Assembly: GCA_023231475.1 (NCBI GenBank)
Contig: JALJEE010001503.1
Span: forward strand, 1-64,000
DNA from: Seison nebaliae
Lineage: Eukaryota
DNA: 64,000 bases
Reading direction: 5' to 3'
In this document: positions 25,632 to 37,045 of the stretch, piece by piece
Layout: every line of letters begins with the position of its first letter
Position numbering within the stretch: the stretch's first letter is position 1
Made by a program: the position numbers and the translations under genes
Notes under the pieces: generated by a model
Seen by the model: the letters and a program-made list of their open reading frames with translations, nothing else
The model's database searches: none
Told to the model about the DNA's origin: nothing

Positions 25632-26019
25632 TTATTTTTGTCTTCGATCTCGATTGATTATGGTGATATGTTGACCAGACAATTCTCTTCGAATTTCTGA
25701 GGGGAAAGTTCCACTGACAGAAATGGCATAAACTCCCGGAACAAACGAGTCAATTTGTTGCCATTTACCCACCCAACTATTACGAGGATCCATCAGACTG
25801 ATCATTCCATCATATTTACTTGACGTACAAGTTATTGAACGATCTTCACTTCCTCCGATTTGGAGAAAAGGACAATTGGGACAACCACTTTCAGTAAATT
25901 GGGTTGGAGTCTTTCCAAATAATAATTAGAAAATTTTGTAAAAATTTCGATGTAACTTTTATTAACGAACATCCAAGACATGCTCGACCTTGTTTCAAAT
26001 CCGATACAACATGTTCCAT
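25632..26019 (-). CDS. SUPT4H1: Transcription elongation factor SPT4, 2 exons (absent from the ORF track)
   Basis: Manual translation: MEHVVSDLKQGRACLGCSLIK|TPTQFTESGCPNCPFL...CTSSKYDGMISLMDPRNSWVGKWQQIDSFVPGVYAISVSGTFP. One intron, GTTACA...GGAAAG. Confidence 0.95.
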
Positions 26020-27699
26020 TTCTTTCTTGGAAATATTATTAGCTAAAATTTTAAATTATTTCTTATGAAAATTTGAATTTATTTGAATTGGATAGTCTAA
26101 ATGTTAATGTCATTATCGTTTGGATGCCGTAAATGAATTTTACTGTTTTTTTATTGAATTTATTTCCGTTAAATTGAAAAAGATTTTGAAGGAAAATTAA
26201 GTTCATTTCTTATTATTTCGATGAAAACATTATTGTTTTCTTAGAGAACTGTTATTGGGAGTGTAGACGTATCGAAATGATATTTTAAAGATAATTTCTT
26301 TTTTCTCATATAGATTGAGCATTTGACATTGAAGTTGCAAGTTGAGAATGAATATGAACAGTTGTTTTATTCAAATTTAATGTTATTAGAATCGATATCA
26401 CGAAATGTTGTTAATACGTCTCAATCCCGTTAAAATCATTGAAGAAATCACTTGAGATTAAAATTGGATATTGTTCATTTTATTTGTGTGGGGAGAAAGA
26501 AATTTATTCTCAATTGTTGATGAGTTGTTCGACTGAAGTGAAAAGAAGAATTGGCTGAACTTGGATAATTAATGAGTTTGTTGTTCATGCATTTTTCTTC
26601 TTGAGAGTTGTATAATTTAGTACTGGGAGGGAGGGAGAAGTGAACGGTTTCGAATAGAAATTAATATTGAATTGACGATTAGATTAATAGTTACATGAAT
26701 GATAATCGGTTAAAAGAAATGTGTATCAACAACATTTAATTGACGTCATCAAATCGATGGTTGTTCCAAGAGTTAAATAATCCTTACAAATTATTAAACG
26801 TCGAGGGCAATTAGAGAACGGTTTAATGTTCTGCTATTGTCAAAGTATTGGGAAGAAATGAGAAAATTATAAGAAATAAATGGATTTTGTTGGTGAAAAA
26901 AGATAAGAATTGATAATGTTTATTTTAATTAATTTTATTAAGTGACATTGATCGAAATAAATAAATAGATGAAATGAGATCGTAACATTGTTACTTTGCT
27001 AAACTGATAGTGTTTAACTATTCCCTCATTTAACTCATTCATCCATTAATATATCATGACATAATATTACCTTAATTTCTCAAATGTAAATTATCATCAT
27101 TCTCCGCATTATCGTCGTTATTCGGATGGAGGAAAAAATGAATAAACACTAAACGAATCTCACACATAAAATATTATGGATTCATATCACTAATTATCGG
27201 ATTTTCGTCTTGAGATTTCTTATCGATCAATTTCCGCTTCTTACAATTTTCATTACAATCATTCTATTCTCTTAAAATTCATTAATTTCCTTCGAAAGAA
27301 CGCGTCATCTTATCCAACTAACGTATCTGATGATAAGTATCATAATTTTTTTGATTTTCAAAAATTTTCGAAAAATCTTTCGAATTATCTATATCTGGTA
27401 AGAGAATGCAACTTCCTATTGTTCCGTTATAATTGCCGTGCTTTCCCATCCACAACTTTCATAGTAATCACATTTAATTCGAGATGTATATTTAGTTGAA
27501 ATATTCGCGAATGACTAACGGTGAAAAGAATAGATATTGTGTGTGTCAGTAGATACGGATATCGAACGGGATTTATTCATGAAAAGAAGAAACAATAAAA
27601 ATAGAAATATGAAAAATGAAGAAGAAAGAATAGAAGTGAAGAATGAATGAAGAATGATAATTGATGAAGATGATGGTGTTCTTTCTTTTACCACCACCA

Positions 27700-27706
27700 C
27701 TACCAT

Positions 27707-27739
<33 letters not shown>

Positions 27740-27747
27740 AACTACTA
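27700..27747. repeat. (ACT)n microsatellite
   Basis: The run actactactact... is seen directly. Confidence 0.9.
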
Positions 27748-28970
27748 GAAGTAGTAGTAGTTCTCCAATATTTGAAGCAATTGATGAAATCATAGCGAAT
27801 AGGTAAATGGATAACTAAGGAAACTAATGTACTAAATATTGGTTACATAGCGTTTTAGTGAACTATTTCGCTTTTGAAAGGGATCGATGCAGATTATGGG
27901 TGCAAGAAAGAATGGAAAGTAACAGAAAATTCATTTAATTTTCGACCAGAAAGAGAATTGAAGCGTTAAGAATATACGAACAGAAAATGTCCCGTTTCGC
28001 CCATTCACCAAGAAGAAAACACAGATCGCTATTCACATCCAATTTCCCTTTTCCTTTCAACTTTTCATATGTAGCGAATAATGGATGATGATGATATTCT
28101 AATGAAATCACTGCAATGATTCAATATGTTTTGATTATGTACCTTTTCTCCTTTCTAATTTAAATATTCATTGATACTCTTTTTGATGGTGAATCATGTC
28201 GAAAAGTGTTTTCATCAACAATTTGATCTTTTCACTTCGATACCTGAATTATTTATTTCACTTTCTAAACTTCTCATCTCATTTCTTGAAAATATTAATG
28301 GGATGATTTAAATGAATATATCCGGACAGTTAAAGGAGAGAAAGAGGAACTATAATAATATCATTCTATGTCTAACTGACGAATGGGAGATATGAGTAAC
28401 TTTCGTTTTTTTTTTACTTTTAGTCAATTCATTTGAATAAAATATATTATTTGATAAGGAATTGACCGATGTCTGCCCATGTCGTGTGAGGATGAATTGT
28501 CCAATTAATCGATATTGGTCGAGAATTGGACTAGGTTAAAAGAATATTAATTAATGTTCTTTCGCCCAGATGTATGGGAAGAGAATTGGACGGTTTGGTT
28601 AAGAAATGGGCAATATGTAAACGACGAAAATAAGATTTAATAAGCGACGTATAGTGTACGTAGAGATATGGATTTATTTCTACGTATAGATGAGTAAGAT
28701 TAGACGAAAACTATTAATGAAGAACGTGTATAAAATTAGAGTGTAATGTTTGCATCTAAATAAATTTATTCAGTCGTCTTCATATGCAAGTAAACCAATG
28801 AAGCGTGGATGATATTTGGGGAGAAGTTCTAGCAAAAAAAAAATAAATATTTATCATTCTTACTATCATTCTTAACTTTAATAGACGGCCAATAATAGCA
28901 ATCATAGGTAACGCTCGATAAATAGAGTTGGATCTCTATTGACGATTGGAAACCTCAAATTCGAATTATC

Positions 28971-31900
28971 ATGAGTAAGACACAATCCTTACTATCAGCC
29001 TGTGATTGGAGTAAGCAACGATTTACTAGTTTAGCGCAAATCGACTCTTTTCCCGCCGTCGTCAAATGCGTCTCCAACAAAAGTACGTCAGCTAGTTTAA
29101 GTACTACTCTGTCTCCTAATCATGGCAAATGCATCAACTTCAACGGAATGCCACCGTTATTACGAACGAACGATGTTCTCTATTTACACGAACGTCGTCC
29201 CAAACAACGTTACGTGATGTGTCAATGTATCAAATTTCGAACATCGAATATTACGAATCGAATAAAGAAATCCGGTTTGAATATGGATGACGTTCGGAGT
29301 CATGTCGTCGGAATGTTATCGATACCGGTCACTTATCGTGGCTGGTTCGAAGTTTTATCAGAGGACGGTGACAGTGTCAAACCGTTCGGAAGTATCGAAG
29401 AGATGTTACAAGTAAGAATTCCCACAGCATTCTTACTTCGATGTAACATTAAAGTTGATTTGATGATCGATGAAAAGAAGAAGGACGGTGATGGTAAGGA
29501 AGATGGTGAGGAGATTGGAGAAAATGATGAAAGTAATACCGAGAAGAAACAAACGGAAAGTAAACAAATCGTTTTGAAAGCTGGAATGAAACTCACAATA
29601 AAAACGGCACATGATATCATCAAAAACGGTGCCACATTCATCACTTGTGAAACGACCGATCATGTCCTGGTGAAAGTTCCACGAAATTTATCAGGTCGAT
29701 TCTCATCAATAAGTAAACTGGAGAATATATCGGGCGTATCGTTATTGGATGATTTATGTGCTAAATTTCGATTACCAATTAATGTTCAATTAGTATATGG
29801 TCGTCCACCGAATACGAATAAGAAAGTACCAGATCTTCCCAATCTCTTCCGTCCAATTCTTCGACTACTTTATTTATACGAAGATGATTATGTTTTAGCT
29901 TATCAGAGTGGCTCGATCGAACAACAAGCTGTGATGATCGGATTACATCCATCAAACATACCATTGATGGGAAACGATTGCCGATTAGTACAGGCAGTAA
30001 ATATCGAACAATTGAGAGAGAATTCACATTTTTTATCGTTGAAATATCATTGCTCCCAAACGGATATGAGTAACACTATGCAACTTCAAGAGAGATTCTA
30101 TCATTATTATCTTCGTTCGTTCATCGAAATAACAAAAGATTTGAAATCGATGGATGAACATTCAACTTTCTTCCGTCTACATCATCAGTTTTTAAAACGG
30201 TTTTTCGATTTCTCTTATAAACTCCAATCAACAGGACAAGCAACAGAGAATTGTTTGAAACTTCATCAACAACAAACAATTGACAAGTTGAAAGAAGAAT
30301 ACGCGAAATTATATGAGAAATCATCGAAATCATCATCGAAGAAGAATTCGTCAGTTACGACGAATAACGAGGAAATTGATGACGCTGAAATTAATGGTCT
30401 TTACGAATATGTGAGAACTGGCGTGTTGACATTACAATTAAAGAAAACTTTAAACTTACACTCTTCCGATCATAATAATACGAATATAAATTACAGAAAA
30501 TTAAATAATCGAAACAACAACAACAACAATAATGAACAGAACTATTATTTCAATAGTATAAATCATATGTATCGAGGGAAGGATTATATTGAAAAGTTTA
30601 ATATAGATAATTCGGGCAAATCGAATCGAAATAAAACGAAACACAATAAAATAAATCAAACGGCGACAATGCCGGGCGAATCAGGAAATTACGGTGGTCA
30701 ATTTGATAATTATTTCCATCATCAGAAAGTGAATGATACGTTGTGTCATCGTCACGTGCATAACCATCATTATGGTAATGATAAGAAGAAGAATGAAAGT
30801 AATAATAAGAGTCATAATCATCATCATCCGAGACATTATCGAAGTCATATGAAATATTTAGATAATCATCATCGAAATAATTCAAATCATATTATCAGAA
30901 ATATTGAAGAAGATCGTAATAAATCGGTTGATACGACAGAGAATAATCGAAAGAAAAAACAGAAATCGAATGTCCCTCTCTCTTCTACGGCGACAACGGC
31001 AACGACAGCAACAACAGCACCATCGTTAGATAATAAGAAGAAACTGCCGAAGAATTGTAAGAATCAAAAAGTTGATTTTTATTTTGATGTTAAATATTTT
31101 ACAGATAACAAGAATGATGGGAAACAACATCATCGTCATAAGGATCATCATCATCGTCATCAGATAAAACCGTCGTCATTACAAAATCAAACGGAAAATA
31201 AATTGAATAAGAAAATTAAAGAGAAATCGAATAATAAATCAGAATATTCTGATTTGGAGGAGACTCATAATACGATAACGAATCGAAGTCGAATGAGAAA
31301 TAAGAAATTGGATGATAATAAATTAGATACGATGACTGGTGGTCATTCTTCTTATAAGTCGAAGAGTGATAAATCAACAAAGAATAAGAAAAGTAAATCG
31401 AAATCATCTAAAAAATCTCGTCATGTTTCAACCAATTCCACATTAAGTAGTACCGACTCCTCCATATCCAATCCGTCGATTACATCATCATACGATGTAC
31501 CCTCAACGACGGATATGGATATGATGGGTGAGAAGGATATTCAGAAATTATCGAAAAAAATCGATAAGAAATCGAAAATTTCAAAATTCAAACATAAATT
31601 GAAAGATAATGATAAGGAATTATTTGAATTGTTCAAAAGTAATTTGGTACAATTGAGACAACAGACGAATTTGAAGAGTCCATTAAAATCGACGACAATA
31701 TCAGGAAAACAACATAAGAAGAATAGTAGTGATGATATGATTATACGATTGATGAGACAATGGATCTCTTCACATATCGTGGATAAGAGTTCGAGTTCAA
31801 CGAAAAATAAGAAAAATAAATCTGAAAAAAATAATTATAATTCAAATAATAATAATAATAGTAAAACAGATACGGAATTGTTAGATCCGAATAATATCGA

Positions 31901-33170
31901 GAACAATTTATTATTTGATAATGCTCATCCCAGCTTGTCCACAACAACAACAGCAACAACAACAAGATTACATAGTAAGAAGAATAATAATGAGAATCAT
32001 TCGAAGAATAAGATAATGAGGAAACATTCGAATAAATTGAAATATAATTTTCATAATAAAATCGAAGATACGACGACAAAATTGAAGAATCGTTCAAAGA
32101 AATTCAATTCAAATAAACGTAGTCGAACTGGTACGTCGATGTTTGTGAGTAATTTGGGTGCACATAAAAGGAGTCATAGTTTATCAGTACCTTCCGTCAA
32201 TCAAATCTATTCGAGATCATCTTCATCCAAACATCATTCGTCATCGAAGCGGATATCGTCAAAAAACAGATCACCAAAACGTCGGGATAAATTCAAATTA
32301 TCATCAGAGAATAGTTCATATCATCATCGATTTCATCCGGAATATCGGAATGGAATTAATAATGATCGATATGTTCATGCTGGTGGAGCAGTTACAGATA
32401 CATATGATGATTGTATCACTTACTCCACGAATAATACGACATATGAAAAGAATTTGAATGGGAATTATAATAATAATCATAGGAAATTCTTTCAAAGATT
32501 CTATTCGAATGCGGCCACTCCTCATCAACAACATTCAGTTACATCCACCGACCTAATCGCTCCCCAATACCAGACGCCATTTTTCTATTCGTCGTATGGT
32601 GAACAGAATATGAATAACAATAACAATACTCATTTATCGAATGAGGAACCGTTGATAAAAGGAGCAATTAATATCAATAAAGAATTTAATGATAATCGCA
32701 ACACAAACAACAACAACAACAACAGTGCTAACAAGAATAATAATCAAAAGAATGAGAAAATGAAGAAATCATCATTCAATTATAAGAGAAATCCATTTCG
32801 AGATGACAATTATCAGCAACTGAAACAACAACAACAACAACAGCTTCCAAATTATTCTTTGTCAAACAATTATTATTCTCATGATGAAGGTGACAAATTT
32901 AATAATGTTCCTTATTTCTTAAAACGATACACGCCCAATATACCGACAACGCGCACCGACGATGACGATGAGATGAAGAACACTCGAAATAACGTGTCTT
33001 TATCTAAATCTCATGGATTTCTCATGAATCAGAAGTATCAGACGAAACTTCTGGGAAACAACACAGCCGATCATGGTAAAGCATATTTCGCTTTGGATAA
33101 AACAAAAAGAAATCTTCAACATTCCAAATCTCTGAAACATTCCACGAAAGAATTATTGAATTATTCATAA
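28971..33170 (+). CDS. CABIT-domain (THEMIS/GAREM/serrano-like) protein with very long Asn/Lys/His/Ser-rich tail, 1399 aa
   Basis: Long uninterrupted ORF. The N-terminal ~340 aa has CABIT-like motifs: FPAVVKC, LSIPVTYRGWFEVL, VPRNLSGRF, KFRLPINVQLVYG. The remainder is low complexity. Confidence 0.7.
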   Translation: MSKTQSLLSACDWSKQRFTSLAQIDSFPAVVKCVSNKSTSASLSTTLSPNHGKCINFNGMPPLLRTNDVLYLHERRPKQRYVMCQCIKFRTSNITNRIKKSGLNMDDVRSHVVGMLSIPVTYRGWFEVLSEDGDSVKPFGSIEEMLQVRIPTAFLLRCNIKVDLMIDEKKKDGDGKEDGEEIGENDESNTEKKQTESKQIVLKAGMKLTIKTAHDIIKNGATFITCETTDHVLVKVPRNLSGRFSSISKLENISGVSLLDDLCAKFRLPINVQLVYGRPPNTNKKVPDLPNLFRPILRLLYLYEDDYVLAYQSGSIEQQAVMIGLHPSNIPLMGNDCRLVQAVNIEQLRENSHFLSLKYHCSQTDMSNTMQLQERFYHYYLRSFIEITKDLKSMDEHSTFFRLHHQFLKRFFDFSYKLQSTGQATENCLKLHQQQTIDKLKEEYAKLYEKSSKSSSKKNSSVTTNNEEIDDAEINGLYEYVRTGVLTLQLKKTLNLHSSDHNNTNINYRKLNNRNNNNNNNEQNYYFNSINHMYRGKDYIEKFNIDNSGKSNRNKTKHNKINQTATMPGESGNYGGQFDNYFHHQKVNDTLCHRHVHNHHYGNDKKKNESNNKSHNHHHPRHYRSHMKYLDNHHRNNSNHIIRNIEEDRNKSVDTTENNRKKKQKSNVPLSSTATTATTATTAPSLDNKKKLPKNCKNQKVDFYFDVKYFTDNKNDGKQHHRHKDHHHRHQIKPSSLQNQTENKLNKKIKEKSNNKSEYSDLEETHNTITNRSRMRNKKLDDNKLDTMTGGHSSYKSKSDKSTKNKKSKSKSSKKSRHVSTNSTLSSTDSSISNPSITSSYDVPSTTDMDMMGEKDIQKLSKKIDKKSKISKFKHKLKDNDKELFELFKSNLVQLRQQTNLKSPLKSTTISGKQHKKNSSDDMIIRLMRQWISSHIVDKSSSSTKNKKNKSEKNNYNSNNNNNSKTDTELLDPNNIENNLLFDNAHPSLSTTTTATTTRLHSKKNNNENHSKNKIMRKHSNKLKYNFHNKIEDTTTKLKNRSKKFNSNKRSRTGTSMFVSNLGAHKRSHSLSVPSVNQIYSRSSSSKHHSSSKRISSKNRSPKRRDKFKLSSENSSYHHRFHPEYRNGINNDRYVHAGGAVTDTYDDCITYSTNNTTYEKNLNGNYNNNHRKFFQRFYSNAATPHQQHSVTSTDLIAPQYQTPFFYSSYGEQNMNNNNNTHLSNEEPLIKGAININKEFNDNRNTNNNNNNSANKNNNQKNEKMKKSSFNYKRNPFRDDNYQQLKQQQQQQLPNYSLSNNYYSHDEGDKFNNVPYFLKRYTPNIPTTRTDDDDEMKNTRNNVSLSKSHGFLMNQKYQTKLLGNNTADHGKAYFALDKTKRNLQHSKSLKHSTKELLNYS

Positions 33171-33379
33171 AATTTTTTCTTTCCATTTCATTTGTATTCA
33201 TTTAAATCAACAAATTCTTCCCAACTTAATCATGTCCATCATATTTATTAACAATATCTCGTCCGTTCCTACACAAAAATTCAAACGGAAATGCTTAATA
33301 TTTTGAAAAATTCAAATTTATTAATAAATGTCCAATATTCACTTATCGGAAAAAAGAGTTTCTACAGGAAATTCCCTTT

Positions 33380-36300
33380 CTAATTCCTCATCGATTCATT
33401 CCGACTGCTCTTTCCAGTACTGTCCACTTCATTTACTTTCCGTTGCAATGTTGTTTGAATGGAATTCAACCCAAGAACATTAGGATATTCGTTACATAAC
33501 AAATTGATGATATTTCCCAACTTATCCAATTTTTCCATTTCCTTCTCATATTCTTCATCCAACGCTATTGTTATGTGGGTATGTTGTTATAAGATGTTAA
33601 AGTAAATAAAAAAATTTCCATTAATCTTCTCCACGAAAAAATGAAAAGAATTAACATTTCCCATTCTTCACTGTCGCACAATACTTTCCATCGAGAATAT
33701 CTTGAAGATGTTTCTTTCTTTTTTGTTTCATTGACAATTCATGAACATTCTACACGAACATTCTATCAAATAATATAATTATTCAAATTCAAACTTGTTC
33801 ACATTCATTCCTTAATCGTGGAATGACTTCCGATCTTAATTCCATCAATTCCTGTGTACGTTTCTCACGCAATTGGAAGATTTCGTTCGGTTTATTCTCC
33901 AATTGTTCCTTGATCGGTTTCAGTGCTTGAATTTGAGTTTCTAAATTGCATTTCACCTGAAAGGACAATTTTAAAACTATAACAGAATTCTGAATCATCC
34001 AACTTTGAATTCCTCCTGTATTTCCATTTCATTATGTTTGATTTGTCGTTCCGTCATCGCTTTAATCGGTTTCGTTTGTGATTTCGGATCTAACGATTTC
34101 ATATGTTGTCGTTCGCCTCGTTGAATAATCGTCTCTTGACGAATAGCCGCTTGTTCCAATTTTCTACTTAAATCTTCCTGTTGTTTAATCAATTCGTCAT
34201 AACGAATTTGCATTCGATGAATTTCTGCTTTCATCTCTCTCATATCTCCTTCCTCCATATCAGTATCAACGGAGGCTTTCATTTCTTTAGCTAATTGAAT
34301 TTTCTTCTCCCACAACAATATCTGTTTTCTATTCATCACAACCAATTAGAAGGTTTTCTAAGAAAACAATTAAAAATTTTTTACAAACTCTGAAGTTAAT
34401 AAATCGTCACGTAACTGATTTTTTTCCTCATCTAATTCATTTATCATATTCTGTAATTTAATCGATTCTTTCTCCGCTTCCTTCAAAATTTTTATTTTTA
34501 TTATTTATTTATATTATTTTCAAGAAAACTCAAAATTAACTCTTAATTGCATAACGAAATTAGTTTCCAGACGTACATTGGCGTTCTGTAAATCTTTGTT
34601 GGTCGACGATTGTTCACGAATCAGTTGATTGATCTTCAACAATTTTCCTCTCAATTTCTCGATAGTTTTTTCGATTTGATCTCGTTCTCTTTGGACAAAT
34701 TCGAATTTCTCCTCGTTTCGCTGTTGTCTCGTCATGAGAATGAATTCTTGTTGGGAATATTTTTGATTTTGTTCCATCTGTTCATTTTGCTTATCATTCA
34801 ATTTCACCAGTTCATTTTGTTGCCTCAACCATTGTTGTTCGACGAGTATCGTATCCTGTTGTATTTGTGTGGCTTTCTTCTGAAGATGAAGTATCTCCAA
34901 TTCTAATGGACCATTGTCACTTAACTATTGATGAAATAGAAGAATCTCCATAAAAATATTTGAAAAATCGAATAACTCCAGTTTTTTCCGTTAACGAATC
35001 GATTTGTCGATTATAATAATCTATTTGAGCTTGCTTATGAGCAATCATATTCGTTCGACGACGAATTTCCATTTCACTGTAATTGATCGACGCATTCTTT
35101 TCTATTCCCCAACAAAAGAAAAAATTAATTAAGAATTTTCATAATTTTTAAAAACCATTAATTTCTTTTTCAATGGTTTCCTGTTCCGTCTTCAATTGTG
35201 AGATGAGAGCATCCAATTTCACAAGTTCTAACGTATCTTTCGAAATATGATTTTCCGCTGCAACAATTTTCGCTTCCTTAATATAATAACAATGATGATA
35301 ATTTGGAATAATTTAAATAAAACAATTTCTTTCGTAATTTTCAATAATCCTTCACGCTCATCATAACTGAACAACGCCGTTTTGTTCAATGTTGTACGTT
35401 GACGAAGATTATCAACAATTTCTTCCTCCATTCTCATCCGTTCTTGTTGCATTCCTGAAATTTCTTTTTGCGCACTACTCAATTGAGTTTGTAGTCCTCT
35501 TTTCTCCTAAAAATTTCCAAAAATATTCAAATGATTTTCTAATTTTCTTTAAAGTTTAACCGTTGTTGTTTTTATTAGATTGTGTTCGAATTCGATCGTT
35601 ATCTTGTTAATTTCACTTAATTCCAATTTGGCAGTTTGTAATTTCTCATTCTGATTATCCAACAACTTCTCCACATTATTATTCTCAGCTAATGTTTGAT
35701 TCATTTTAATCGTCAATCGCTCGTTCTCTCGTTGTTCGTCAACGATTTGTTTTTGGATTTTTATCTGTTCATTATTCGCTTTCTCTACTGCCACATTCTG
35801 AGCTTCGACCGCATCATTCATTTTCTTCAATGCTTCATCACGATGACGAACGCCGATTAAGCAGGAATTCCAATTTTGTGTCAATTGTCGAATTTCTAAT
35901 TGCACCGCCTCCAATTCCATTTTAGCTTCAGCCACCAATAATTTCGATTTCTGATATTCTCCAGCTAATTACAATAAATTTTATCAAAATTATTAAGCCA
36001 AAAAAAATGAATGAAAAAAAACTTTGGAAAGCCAATTGATTCTCTAATAATTCGTTCTTTTTTTGCATACTGTCCACCTGATCGGTCAATTTGACTGCAT
36101 AAGAATCTTGTTCCTGTTTCGTTTTTTGCATTTTCACTAACTGATTCTCAAAGTTCCCATTCACATTCTTCATGACGTTAATGTCACCTTTCAATTCTTT
36201 CTCCAAGCCGGAAATATATCGAAATTTCGATTGGAGATCATCACGCTCTGACTGTAATTGATTTATTTTCTTCCATTCATCTTTCAATTTCTGTTCGAGA

Positions 36301-36804
36301 GTTCTTTGTATTTCTCGATTCTCTTCAATCCAAGCATTCAATGATACTGATTCATCTTTCCATTCATTCGCCTATTAATTCCATCAAATTATTGTCATAA
36401 TATCAAATTTAAAATTATGTTTAAAAAAATTTTAAATTATCAAATAGAAATAAATTAAAAAAATTTAACTTTACTTTTATCGACATCTAATTTGATTTGA
36501 TTACGTCGTAGATCGTCTTGGAGATTATATAAATTCTCTCCCAAATCTGTTCGTTCCTTCATCAATTTTTGGAGTCCTGTCGTCAATTCTTTCACTTCCA
36601 AACTGATTTTCTTGTCTCTGTTTATTAGACATTCGTTGAAAGCCTTAAATGATTGATGAAACTTTGAAAATAAAATAATGATTCAAATAAAACTTTCTGA
36701 TAACGTTGCATAATTGGATGACCTGGATCCAGAACGACCATTTCGTTCTGGAGTTCTGGTTCGACAAGAATGTCGATACGACCAGTTTGACCAACATCCG
36801 CCAT
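33380..36804 (-). CDS. CCDC40: Coiled-coil domain-containing protein 40 (motile-cilia axonemal ruler), ~13 exons
   Basis: MVVLDPGHPIMQRYQK, QNWNSCLIGVRHRDEA, GPLELEI..L, QQWLRQQNELV, KQILLWEKKIQLAKEMKASVD, MKAEIHRMQIRY. Twelve short introns, all with GTT donors. Confidence 0.92.
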
Positions 36805-36909
36805 TTTGTTGAGTGGAAGAAAATGTCAATTAATTTTTTTCCAATTAAATATATATGATGGAAAGTCGATAAATTTTACGGATATAACATATTCTTCCCA
36901 TTGATAATA

Positions 36910-36923
36910 GTAACCATGACAAT
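36910..36923. promoter_or_regulatory. RFX X-box-like element
   Basis: GTAACCATGACAAT is close to the X-box consensus GTNRCCATGGNAAC and lies ~105 bp upstream of the ATG of the ciliary gene CCDC40. Confidence 0.6.
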
Positions 36924-37045
36924 AAAGTGGATTGTTGGAAGAAATAAAGGACATGTTGAGAGGAATAAGACTTAATTTCAAATTTTAAGTTTTATTTATA
37001 ATAATAATCATTAATTAAATTTTCCATTGTCATTTGAGAAGTTAT

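Noticed and set aside
27515..27793. Poly-Val ORF
   Set aside because: Antisense reading of the (ACT)n microsatellite.
29333..32534. Many short antisense or alternative-frame ORFs within long genes
   Set aside because: Shadow ORFs of low-complexity coding sequence.
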